Source: Chrysomallon squamiferum (lineage: Eukaryota > Animalia > Mollusca). Taken from it: a DNA stretch of 64,000 bases. The notes under the pieces were generated by a model. That model was not told the origin of the DNA and ran no database searches. It saw nothing but the letters and a program-made list of their open reading frames with translations. The DNA lies in the NCBI GenBank assembly GCA_012295275.1, contig CM022678.1:6138001-6202000 (forward strand). The letters are read 5' to 3'. Positions 1-11,329 of this stretch are shown piece by piece; position 1 is the stretch's first letter; each line of letters starts with the position of its first letter. A program made the position numbers and the translations under genes.

Positions 1-715
1 CATGTCGTCATCATCATTTCCAACTAACAGTGGTTGTTGTTCTGGTAAACTTAACGTCTCAGCAAGCTTTTCCATATGAAGCCCCACACAATCATGCAGA
101 TTGTACAGAAATACAAACTCTTCTTCTGCAGCAGTTTGGTGGTATTTCTGGCAGATTTCGCAGTCTTGTTCTGCGACTGGACATCGGCCTTCAAGTAAAT
201 TGATGACGCACTCATTGAATAGACTTAGCTCTAACTCTCTGACGAAGACGGAACGCTGATTTGGAAAACATGATGACCACTGTTTCACTCTGATTGGGTT
301 CTTCTTAGCATCAACAACATCACATTCGTTGTCAAAATTCCACAGCTTTGGTAACAACACACAGTTTTCATTGTCCTTGCTTTCAATACTTTGTAAAGAC
401 ATTGTGAAATCCTCTTCATTGAATTTTGTGAGATCAATCCCACCACTGAAGCAGCAATCCAAAATTATCGTCACCTTTTCAGCTTTCAAGGACAGCAATT
501 GTTTCTTAATTTGTTTTAGAGTAATTATGCTTAAACCACCTCCTAAATGCAATGATGACTTATCGGAATGTCCAGAGAAATACAGAAGGAAAAATGGATG
601 TTCTTTTTCACGTATTTGCTGAGGAAGTTCACTGAATGCTTTTACTACTCTTTCACACATAAAGTAATCAATGACTGCTGGTTTTGATGTCGTTATCATT
701 GTAATATTTTCTTCT
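1..715 (-). CDS. Copy 1 terminal exon: catalytic core of the caspase-like domain (partial)
   Basis: Acceptor ttttag at 716-717. Open frame to the window edge. HPFFLLYFSGHS...IILDCCFSGG...QQPLLVGNDDDDM; close paralogue of ORF 17473..18201. Confidence 0.85.
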
Positions 716-1652
716 CTAAAAACAAAAGGAATAAGTAAACAAAATGTTCATTTTTTTCTTTCTTTTTTTAAACATGTATTATATAATAAAAAATAAAAAT
801 TCGGATTTCACAAAAAATAACTATTTCTGTTACTACAATCATAGCAAAAATTAAATATATAAATAATACATATTTATTTTCATATTAATTTTTTATTAAA
901 AACACAAATGACTAAAGACTAAAAAAATTGGTTACTAAAGACAAAACAAAATAAATGAAACAATACTTTCACACATACACACACACATATTTAAAATCGA
1001 TGAGTTAAATTTCAAGTTTATCCCTTTTTGTAATAAATTCATTTAAAAAAGAAAAAGTGATTAAAGCAAACACATGCACACACACAGCCACACACATTTT
1101 ACCTGATTCCAACAATATTAGGACTTTGCAGTTTCTCTTTCATTACATTTGTATCATTAATAAATATTTGATCAAAGTGTTTTATATAATAATAATAATA
1201 ATTATTATGTCAAATCAAAATAAATAAAATAGTACTTTCACATACACCCACACCCACTCAAAATAGGTGAGTTAAATTTTAATGTGATCCTTTTTTTGTG
1301 GTAAATGCTTTAAAAAAAAAAAAAAAAAGCGATTAAAGCAGCCACACCCATACACACACCCACACACATTTTACCTTATTCCAACGATATCAGGATCTTG
1401 TAGTGTTTCTTTCATTGTTATGGCATCATTAATAAATATTTTAGCTACGTCTTCTCTATGATCATAGCCTGCGATGATAAGGGCAAAACAGTTTTCATGA
1501 CCTGAGTTCAAATAAAAGAACAAATGTTTAAGTGTACACACTGATCAACTTAACAAAACTTAACAAAACACATATTATTTACTTCAATGTGGTGGTTGGT
1601 TTTTGAAAAAGAAATTTATTTGGAAGTTGTAATTTTATTTTTTATTAAAATG

Positions 1653-1732
<80 letters not shown>

Positions 1733-2025
1733 ATTTGTAAATAAAACTAAAGAAATGATTAACAGAATCAAACGTATAAAAATAAATTTAAAACAATAAA
1801 ATATTTCCGTATGAACATTTTTTATTATTATTATTATTATTACTATCATCATCATCATCATCATCACAGAGTTTAGGGTAATAATGCTACAAGAAATGAA
1901 ATTAACTGATTACACAATAAGAAATACATAAATTATTAAATGTTATGAAATATATTGAATAATAAAAATTAGAGCTTAATCTCGGATTTCTAGGATATGA
2001 ATAAAACAAACTAAAACACTCTCAA

Positions 2026-2074
<49 letters not shown>

Positions 2075-3782
2075 CACACCTCAACTTACCTACAGGAGAA
2101 AAGCACGGCCCATGATCTGTACAACGAAGTTGATTTTCCCATGACTGACGAAAACAGTCTACACAGAAACTGGGACATGCTTCATCGCAATGTCTTGACA
2201 AATGTCTTATTTTTGCTATTTAAGAAATAGATTTTTAAAGCAGATTACAGTTAAATTAAATTACCATTTAGACTAGCAGTGATTTAAATATATCTTGATA
2301 AATATTATTAACAAAACTGACTGACACTTATAAAAATAGAAAACAAAACAGTAATTAAGAATCACAGTTGTTCCAGTTTTTACGTGGTTTCTTTACATAC
2401 ACCAGAACATTCAAAATCTTGCAAAGAAATATTCTGGTAAATATCAAAAATATTCTTTTTCTTACCTGCAGGTTGTTTCTTACAGGAAATACAAACTGAA
2501 AATAATAAAATCATTTCAAAGAGATAAACAAAAAAGGTAACTGTAAAACAAAATCATTTGTATGAACTACACAGCAAAAGTGAAAAATTAGGCAACTGTT
2601 CTGAAAGGCTACTGATACAGATCGACGTTCAAAGTTCACTAGCAAATATGTTGGAGACTTAATTAAATTACTTAAATTATTCAAATATTCATAATATGTA
2701 TGTCAGAAGCTTAATAATTATTTGGAAACCAATCCTATCTCCAAACACATAGACACAAGAATAATTACATGCACACATATACTGAAGCATACAAGAATTA
2801 AAAAGACATACGCCTTTTCATAATTTAGGAAACTATTTCAAATTAAACCTACGCTCTTTAGGTTCAGTTTTCTTAATTTGTTCATCCAAATGGTCTTTTG
2901 TTTCCTTACTGCCACAGCTCACAATGATTTTTCTTATGGAACACTCTCTCTGACATCTCTCTATGTTTCTCAGAAGTCTCAAAAGCGCCTCAACAGTGGC
3001 AGGGACGTTGCTGTACAATACTTCTACAAATCAGATATAATAATTAAAACCAGTAATCAGCAAATCAGAAACTTGACTGTAAACTAAGAAGCAGCTTTGT
3101 AAAATGTTTAAATCAATTTTCTTACGGCTGTTTTGTTGCTGGAGATATTTCATTGGTAATAAGATATAGGAGTAATTATACACACTCTTGAGAAGGAAAT
3201 ACATTTTTATATTACTCTTTTTTGGTTATCCAAAACTGTTCTCTTGTATCAAATAAACAAACATTTGGAAATACGCATTTATTATTATTGATTTTTTATT
3301 ATATTATTTAATTGCAGTTCTGTTCTGGGCATTTCCAAATGTTTGTTTATTTCATAGAAGAGAACAGTTTTGGATAACCTAAAAAGATTAACATAAAAGT
3401 TCACTTCGTTCTTCAGAAACTGCAATTAAAAAATAAAATAAAATAATAGCTATTGGGAATGAATTATTTTTCATCAGTGACTGTTATTAATGAATCTTTG
3501 ATTCTGTATACGTCTATAACTGAATGGTAGTTAGTACTGATGACTGGTAAATTCACTTACCATTGTCGCAGAATGGTATAACTACTACAGATGAATCTTT
3601 ACAAACATGGAACATTTTTTCAATGATTTCTTTCACATTCCGTGCAGTTTTATAGTGCACCATTTGCCCAATTCCTTCTAATCCAGAATCTGTCTTCATG
3701 ACCTGGCCAGATCTAATTTCTTCCTCTTTGAAAGAAAGGGGAAAAAGAAGTTCCCAAAAATATACATACATACATACATACA

Positions 3783-3818
<36 letters not shown>

Positions 3819-5645
3819 TATATATATGTAACAAAACAAATATAATAATAAAAAAATAATAAATTTGCAATAAAGAGTTATATTATGATGCTGAATGTAA
3901 TTTCGATTAATGTGTTATGTTGTAGTGTTGATAATTATTTGGAATGTTGTTTATCATGTTGGTTAACTTGTAACAATAATGTTGAAATATTGTAATATTG
4001 AAAAAATAATCTAGAATAGTGACTTTAAATGTAATTGTGAAAATAACTTGGATTAATGGCTTATTCTGTAATGTTGAAAAATAATTTGGAACAGTGACTT
4101 ATAATGAAAAATAATTTACACTAGCAGCATATATCACAATATAGATAAATAATTAATAATAGAGGTTAATTTGTAATTTTAAAATTAAGTTTGTTTATAC
4201 TGTAACATTGAAAATAATTTGGAATAGGAGTTTTTATGTTGAAAGTAATCTGGAATAGTAGTTGAAACTGCAATTTTGAAAAAAAAAATTAGCTTAGCAG
4301 GTTATACTGTAATACTGAAAAAGTAGAATAACGGCTCAACTTATAGTTTGGAAAATAACTTCAAAATAGTGGCTTATTCTTTTTTTTTCAAAATGATTTG
4401 AAATAGAGGCATACACTGTAATGTTGATAGAATATTTAGTTATTTTGTGTTTGTTTCACAATAACTCAGTTTTAATTTATTTTTGATTGGTTTTCATATT
4501 ACTGCATACTCAGTTATATGATTTTATAATATCACTTTTTATAATAGATGACATCTGTTGCCACAACATTTTAAGATCTTTATAATTTGATTTAGTTTTG
4601 TTTTTCTTATCTCTATTTTAAAACCAATTACCTGTATATTTAACATATACTACAAACATAATATATGTACATGTATGTAATCATAGTACAATTGCTGGCA
4701 GTAGGCTATAAGAGGCAATGGGGAAAACTGATTCTGCAGTCCTTGATTGCTCAATCTGCTACAGTATACCTTAGGTAATTAAAACTATACCAGAAACATT
4801 GCATATCGAATAAATATAGAGAATTATATTACATCAGTAGTTGATAAATCTTATGGACCGTAATCAGCATAATTAACTTTATTTTCATTTATTATGAGAA
4901 AAATAAAATAAGAGAAACTTACTGAATTCTGACCAGTTTTCCAGTTTTACACCAATCCTCTGCAGAAGTGGGTGGATTGGTCCTTCAAAAGAAAGGAAAT
5001 AGAATCATAAAAATTCTTATTGTATTACATTTACTGTTAACTTCTTTCTTGCCAGTGGGATAACACTAATTTTAACAAATTATAGAAAGAAAATATTCGA
5101 AACCTCCAACAAAAAGAAAAAAAAAAAGAAAAAGACCTATCAGGACATGTATAAGTTTCTTGCATTGCTCTATATCCTGACATGGAGAAAAGATGACATG
5201 CCAGTCCTGTCTTTATCAGTTAATAATCTCTACATGTTCCTTACCATACCAAGTATACCTACGAATAAGACATCCTCTAATAAACCAGTTAAAAAGAAAC
5301 AACCCAAGACTTAATCTGTGACTGATCTCACATCAGCCAAGTATGTTTTTCACTGAGATACAGCCCTTTTTAGTGGCCAGTGTAAGTGATGGACTCTTCA
5401 GTATTAAATTGACATTTAGTGAGCAAAGAGGATTGATGTAAGTATGTACTAACCTACATTCAACATTTTGTCAGACCATATACAAACAATATCATCTGCT
5501 TTTATGTTATGAATGTCGTCTTCAGTTATAATGAGTTCAACTTTATCATCTGCTTTTATGTTATGAATGTCGTCTTCAGTTATAATGAGTTCAACGGCTA
5601 TTATTATTTCTTCGGGTAATTTTGCAGGCTCAGTTCCTTTTGCAT
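1..5645 (-). CDS. Paralogue copy 1: Macro-like + RING-variant + metacaspase-like (Peptidase C14) protein; 3' end runs off the window edge
   Basis: Phase-compatible GT-AG exons: 5454-5645, 4923-4982, 3561-3725, 2853-3023, 2466-2495, 2090-2215, 1375-1501, 1-715. All are open. Motifs: CFALIIAGY..INDA, FLLYFSGH (His 568-570), IILDCCFSG (Cys 451-453), CISC...CDEACPSFCVDC...W...CTDH. Exon-for-exon homologous to 36454-42706. Confidence 0.8.
3890..4430. repeat. Degenerate ~35-bp AT-rich intronic minisatellite (TGTAATATTGAAAAATAATTTGGAATAGTG-like); homologous arrays near 20960-21520 and 40540-41270
   Basis: Recurrent tgtaat..gaaaaataat..ggaatag motif in the same intron of all three paralogues. Confidence 0.6.
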
Positions 5646-6192
5646 CTGAAATCACAAAAGATATTATAAACTAATTAAGCTGGGACATTTTGTTATTTGT
5701 TGATGATATTGTCTATTCAAAAGGATTTAAATTTGCCTGATGTAATAGAACTGAATCATCAACTGGAGTGAAAGAAATCATAGAAATATTATAAACTAAT
5801 ATTTGGGACAATTGTGTCTACATGTATGTGTGAGAAGTGTCAATAAAAATAATATTTAACAATAAGATAACAGATGCATACTGTAATTATGTTTGTGATG
5901 TTCTAATGCTTAAGAAGATACTGTCACATATTTTATATCAGTATTATTTATAGGATTGTTGTGTGTATTTCTGGGTATAACAATAACAGTTTGTGACAGC
6001 AGAATTTTGTTTTAATACGAATGAAGAAATCATTAATACATATCAAACATCTGATAATGTTTAAGCATATCATATGATATAGAAGAATGCTATACAAAAA
6101 TCATTTATGCCAAAAATATTTAGTGTTTAAATAAATAAAGGCTTATGCATTTATGATTAAAATGTATATACATTTTTTCTACTAAAAGCTAC

Positions 6193-6377
6193 CTGCTGAT
6201 GATTTATTTTGATTTGAATCTTCAGTATGCTCTTCATCAGGACCAGCAGAAGATTTTTCATCGGAAAGAATGGTAACCAAATTCTCTGACATTCTGTTAA
6301 TAATTTCCTTGTTGTCTTGAAATGGAACAGACGATCCAGTTCTGTAATCAACAAGACTGTTCAACAGGATTCATCAA
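6193..6377 (-). pseudogene. Degenerate spacer-exon remnant of copy 1 (homologue of exon 43218-43466)
   Basis: Homologous peptide YRTGSSVPF..SAGP.EEHT.DSNQN. A deletion puts a TGA stop a few codons after the ancestral acceptor. Same remnant at about 23246-23433 in copy 2. Confidence 0.55.
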
Positions 6378-6415
6378 CTGGGGTGAAAGAAATCATAGAA
6401 ATATTGTAAACTAAC

Positions 6416-7210
6416 GCACCAACTTACGAATTTTCCGTGTTACGAGCAGACGCAAAGTTAATTTGTTTTTTCTTTGCATTACGAGGCAAAACGTTAGCTG
6501 CGCAACGAAGAACATAAAATCCGGCCTTCATCCCGCATCTCACTCGTTTACTTCATGATTACCTCGCCTTGGAAGCATCTCTGTTGTGTTGTGTTCGCAT
6601 TTAGTGCAGTATTTTGCAAAAAAATATTTCTGACCATGGATCCTAAGAAAGTGAGTTCAAAGGACAATGCTGAGAAGAAGGTGTCCACTGAATTAAAGCA
6701 TGAAATGATAGAAAAACACGAGCGAGCTGTGGGTGTCGTCGACATGGCTAGGCAGCATGAGAGTAATACTTCTACGACATGTACCATACGGAAGCAGAAG
6801 GAGTCGATAAAGGCTATAATTCCAGTCAAAGGCATTAAACAAAATTCTAAGCTGGAGACCTCTGTCTATGAAAAAAATGGAGAAGCAGCTCGCAGGGGAG
6901 GTACCATCTGCGAGAAGGCAGAAACAGTTTGAGCTCACTTCCTGCAATAGGCCGCAGGAACTTCAATGGACGAGGTGCTGGAAGAATTGTTTAAAGCCAG
7001 TCGGGACTGGTTCGACAATTCTAGGAGGACTGACATTCACTCCGTCATCAGGCACGGTGAGGGAGCGAGCTCGGATCTGAAGGCAGCTCTGGATTATCTG
7101 AAAACGTTTGCCGAAATGATAAGAGCCGAAGGATACATCCACCAGCAAGTCTTCAACTGGGCTCTTCTGGAAAGAGATGCCAAGGACGATAGGTTAATCC
7201 TCACACTTTG
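6416..7210 (+). mobile_element. Tigger/pogo-type (Tc1-mariner superfamily) DNA transposon fragment, frameshifted and truncated before the DDE domain
   Basis: ORFs 6555-6932 and 6966-7217 give MDPKKV..ELKHEMIEKHER..DMARQ..STTCTI (CENP-B-type HTH) and FKASRDWF..IHSVIRHGEGASSD, typical of Tigger transposases. Confidence 0.85.
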
Positions 7211-7249
7211 CTTCTAATAAGTTGACACGTCTTTAACCCACTGAAATAG

Positions 7250-9480
7250 TATCGGATCACGTCCCTGCTCCAAAACCGCTAACCCTAGAGGGAAACGTTT
7301 TAGAAAATTGGCGCCGTTGGCTGCAGCAATATAAACTGTACATGTGCGCGACGGAACAAGACAAGAAAAATGAAAAGTTAAAATGCGCGACATTTCTGTC
7401 CCTTGCTGGTGAGTCTGCAATTGAACTATCGAAGACTTTTGTGTTTGAGGAAAATGAAAACTGGAAAATAGCGCCGCTAATTAAAAAGTTTGATGACTAT
7501 TGAAAAACACGAAACGTAGGAAAGGCATATATTCAATGGTCGTGTCCAAAAACCGGATGAAATTTTTGATCAAATTTTAATAGATCTGTGACACCTATCC
7601 AAAGATTGTCATTATGGAGAATTTAGAGATGGGGTAATAGGAAATAGAATCATTGAGGTGTTCGCGATATTACAACAAAAGCACGTTTGCTGAGAAAAGG
7701 GGGTGCCTAACTCTAGAGAAATGTATCGAAATTTGTTGTACATCTGAGATAACCGCTTCTACCGTGAAAGTCAGGACAGATCAGTCTGTAGTAATAAACG
7801 AAACTCTTGTACCTTAAAAACTTGAGACAGGTTCAGATGAGAACATATTGGGTTACAAAGATATTCAATCCTTGTGGCAAAAGCCAAAACCAAACAGCAG
7901 TAAGGTTCTGTTGAAAGCATATGATATAGGAAATGTACGAGTAAAAGGTCAGGCTGTACTGGAATTTTGCTACAAGGATAGTCGATACAGAGAATTGTTT
8001 ATCGTCAGTGATGAAGATGTACGACGTATTTTGGGCTGCAAGTCATGCGAACAAATGTGTTTGGTGAAACGAGTACTGTCACTTGAATGTCAGGTTGAAA
8101 CTATCAAGGTAGATGTATTCAAAAAGTATTCTGATACATTTGAAGGTCTTGGTTTTCTCCCACGAAAAGTTAGCATAAAACTGCATAACGATGCAATACC
8201 AGTTGTTGAGCCATGTTGGAAAGTACCATTTGCCTTATATGGTAAGCTCAAAGCAGAAATTCATAACATGGAAGACATGAGGGTGATTGAAAAAACTGAA
8301 GAGCCAACAGAATGGGTAAATTCATTTGTCGTAGTAGGCAAGGTTAATGGAAATCTTCGAGTCTGTATGGATCCGCGGAACTATAATGAAGCAATTCTTC
8401 CGGAACATTTTAAACTCCCTACTCGTGAGGAGATCATGTCATCGATTTGCAGGAGCTAAAGTTTTTTCGAAACTTGATGCGTCAAATGGGTTGTGGGAAA
8501 TACAGTTGGATGAACAGAGTTCACGGTTATGCACATTCAGTTCGCCAATGGAAAGATTTCGTTTTCTCAGATTTCGTTATCACATTCATTCATTATTGGA
8601 ACACATGGATGGAATCGATACATCTATGGATGATATCATTGTGTGGGGTAAAGATGAAGAAGAGCATAACAGAAAATTGTGCAAGTGCTTAGACGAACTC
8701 GAGTTGTGATTCCAGGTAAGATGCGTTCTTGGGAAAATTTATGTAGGACACATGGGTATGGAAAAGTGCAAGCAGCGAGCTCGAGAAGTAGTTCTCTGGC
8801 CTTCCATGAACCAGGATATTGTCAGTAATATACTTTGGTAAAGCAGGGTGAAACACGTCAAGCTAATCAGAAGCATCAAATGGCTGAACTTCTACTCTCA
8901 CATTCATTGCCAATGCGACCATGGCGAAAAGTTTCAACAGATTTGTTTGAACTCGGGAGAAAAGACTACATTGTTATTGTTGATTCATATTCAAATTATC
9001 CAGAGGTGATAGGACTGTCAAGTCAGTCGAGCAGCTTGGTGTTATTTGCTAGACATGGCATTCCGGAAGAATTTCTCAGTGATAATAGATCATGCTACAG
9101 TAGTATAGAATTCGCACAGTTTTCAAAAGATTGGAGTTCCAACATGTTACAAGTAGTCCGAAATTTCCTCAGTCCGATGGACTGGCTGAAACAACTGTTC
9201 AGACCGTTAAGTCGCTAATGAGAAAATGCCTGGATTGTGGTCAAGATCCGAATTTAGGGCTACTAGCCTACCGAACAACTCAGTTCGGGAATGGACTTTC
9301 TCCAGCTCAGCTCTTAATGGGAAAACAACTCCGTAGCAGAGTTCCCATAACTGTTTTAGAACTGATTGTATCTAAATCAAAATCTGTTGTCAAATGGAGA
9401 AAGGAACAACGTTACTCCCAGAAATATTTTCATGACAAAAAAGCAGTAAGAGAATTAAAACCTCTTTCGTCTGGAACAAG
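7250..9480 (+). mobile_element. Degenerate Ty3/Gypsy LTR retrotransposon internal region (gag remnant, protease, RT, integrase; RNase H deleted)
   Basis: LETGS protease remnant near 7820. RT motifs EPTEWVNSFVVV, LRVCMDPR, FSKLDASNG, SMDDIIVWG. Integrase GHMGMEKCK, PWRKVSTDLF, HVTSSPKFPQSDGLAE. Multiple frameshifts and stops; no LTR pair recognised. Confidence 0.9.
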
Positions 9481-9573
9481 AAAAATTTCTTCATATTATC
9501 ATTTTATTTTAGTAAGTGAATTTGTAGTTATCCTGTACATCTGTAGTCAAAGAAAGCCATTTTTAGGTAACCA

Positions 9574-9609
<36 letters not shown>

Positions 9610-9678
9610 TTCACATCTTTAACAGAATGGAGATTTAATGATAAGTACATTAAAAATTAAGTCACGTTAACCTCTCAC

Positions 9679-9730
9679 CAGTGTGGTGCTCAAGGACATG
9701 AGGAGGAAGGACGAGCGGAATAGACATCAT
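9679..9730 (-). CDS. Putative first coding exon of copy 1 (MMSIPLVLPPHVLEHHT, phase-1 donor)
   Basis: ATG ATG ... ACT G|gtgaga donor. Phase 1 matches the acceptor at 5645. Conserved in copy 2 (24460-24511). Lies just downstream of a TCTCGCGAGA motif. Confidence 0.4.
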
Positions 9731-9872
9731 GGCCTGTGTATAAAAGTTTGCAAGTTCACCCCGATTCCGTTATTAAACGTTGTAAGTCTTTAACAATGAC
9801 TTTTTAATATAATACAAACTCTTGCCTAAGTTTTCTCTTTGGCAGTCATTTTTAGAAGACCATGCGAATCGA

Positions 9873-10330
9873 GGAAATCTCGCGAGACAGGAAGAAACGG
9901 TTCGGTGCGTGATAGTTATGTCTGTCCTAGACCTTTCTAATAACGTGTATTCGTATATTTACAAATAAGATAGTCTTCACTAAACATTAAAGAGGTCTAC
10001 CACCATTGTCGATTATCTCTTTTTGATGACACAGTAAAGGTAATTACAGAAAATCATAAAAACAAGACTCACCCTGTATAATCTTTAAGAAGTTGGGAGA
10101 AAGATAGGGATACGCACAGATACAAGTGCTTTGCTGCACGTAAAGCCGAATGGCGAGTGGAGAAAATCTCGCGAGACAGGATGATACTTTCGGTTCGTGA
10201 TATTTATATCTGTGCTAGACCTACCGAACAACTCGGTTGGGGAATGGACAATTACCTGTATCCGTACACTTACAAACAAAATAGCCTTCACTAAACGTTC
10301 AAGAGGTCTGCCACTGTTGTCGATTATCAC
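9873..10330 (-). promoter_or_regulatory. Two tandem diverged promoter-like modules, each with a TCTCGCGAGA palindrome (9878-9887, 10167-10176)
   Basis: Locally CpG-enriched. TCTCGCGAGA is a known metazoan promoter motif. Each module is followed on the minus strand by a gtgag splice donor (10071-10072, 9677-9678). Confidence 0.5.
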
Positions 10331-10636
10331 AAAAATAAAGAATAATCTTCACTGTGTTAACAAATTTAACAAGTATTCACGTACTTGCAAAGATGAGAAC
10401 TTCCGGGTTAACTAAACCTTTACGAGGACAGACATTATAATGATTATTCATTTACTTATAAAGAAGAAAATACTGGATTTATCAGATTTTTAAGACGTCT
10501 TCCCACATAAAAATGAAACAAAACGTTGAAGAGTTTTCTCCATTTCTCTTTATCATTTAAAACTGCTGAAATTATAGTCAACTTTCATCCCTAGAGTCTT
10601 TTTAATTGTAATTAACTCTTTTTAAAATTATTATTA

Positions 10637-10671
<35 letters not shown>

Positions 10672-11198
10672 TACAGAAAATAAACCCATGTTATTTTTTC
10701 TTTTCTTCTACACTTTATTATTAATTTGATAAATCAGTTAATAACAAAAATCGTCGACCATATGTTATATTACTGAGTACAAAAATATTAAGAATTAAAA
10801 ATATTCAAAAATAAATACATGAAGCAAAACATATTTATCACAAATAATATCTCCATAATTGAGCGATTACAGGTTCAGAGAGTAGCTTTTATTTGGTTAC
10901 TATCAACATTGGCGCCATATTGGAAGGAATGGGCAAAACATAAGATTTACGACGACAGACATTATAATGATTATTCATTTACTTATAAAGAAGAAATTAC
11001 TGGCTTTATCAGATTTTTAAGACGCCTACCCACATAAAAATGAAACAAAACCGTCAAGAGATTTCTCCGAATCTAATTATAATTTTAAACTATTTTGTTT
11101 TCTTTTAATTAATTTTTGAAAGATTGTTTATAATATATTTTGAAACTAGTTTCCATTACATTGTTAACGCAAGCACACATTATAGCTAATTAAATAAG

Positions 11199-11239
<41 letters not shown>

Positions 11240-11329
11240 ATATATATATATATACTAAAAGAAAATAAATCCAAAATATATTTTTTATTTTTTTTAGTAA
11301 CAAAAACAGCAATCACAATTGTATATTAC

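Noticed and set aside
1587-1867. ORFs with SLSLSL/ERERER, YIYI, poly-I/Y/F/K runs (also 16237, 19113, 20744, 35701, 48414, 57350 and others)
   Set aside because: They are translations of (CT)n, (AT)n, (ATT)n microsatellites and homopolymers, with no coding signal.
5140-5182. Imperfect intronic inverted repeat TCAGGA...TCCTGA present in the paralogues, as a candidate miRNA
   Set aside because: The stem is short and mismatched; conservation is explained by recent duplication.
7848-9622. Gypsy pol ORFs as an active element or domesticated gene
   Set aside because: Multiple frameshifts and stops, RNase H deleted, no LTR pair found.
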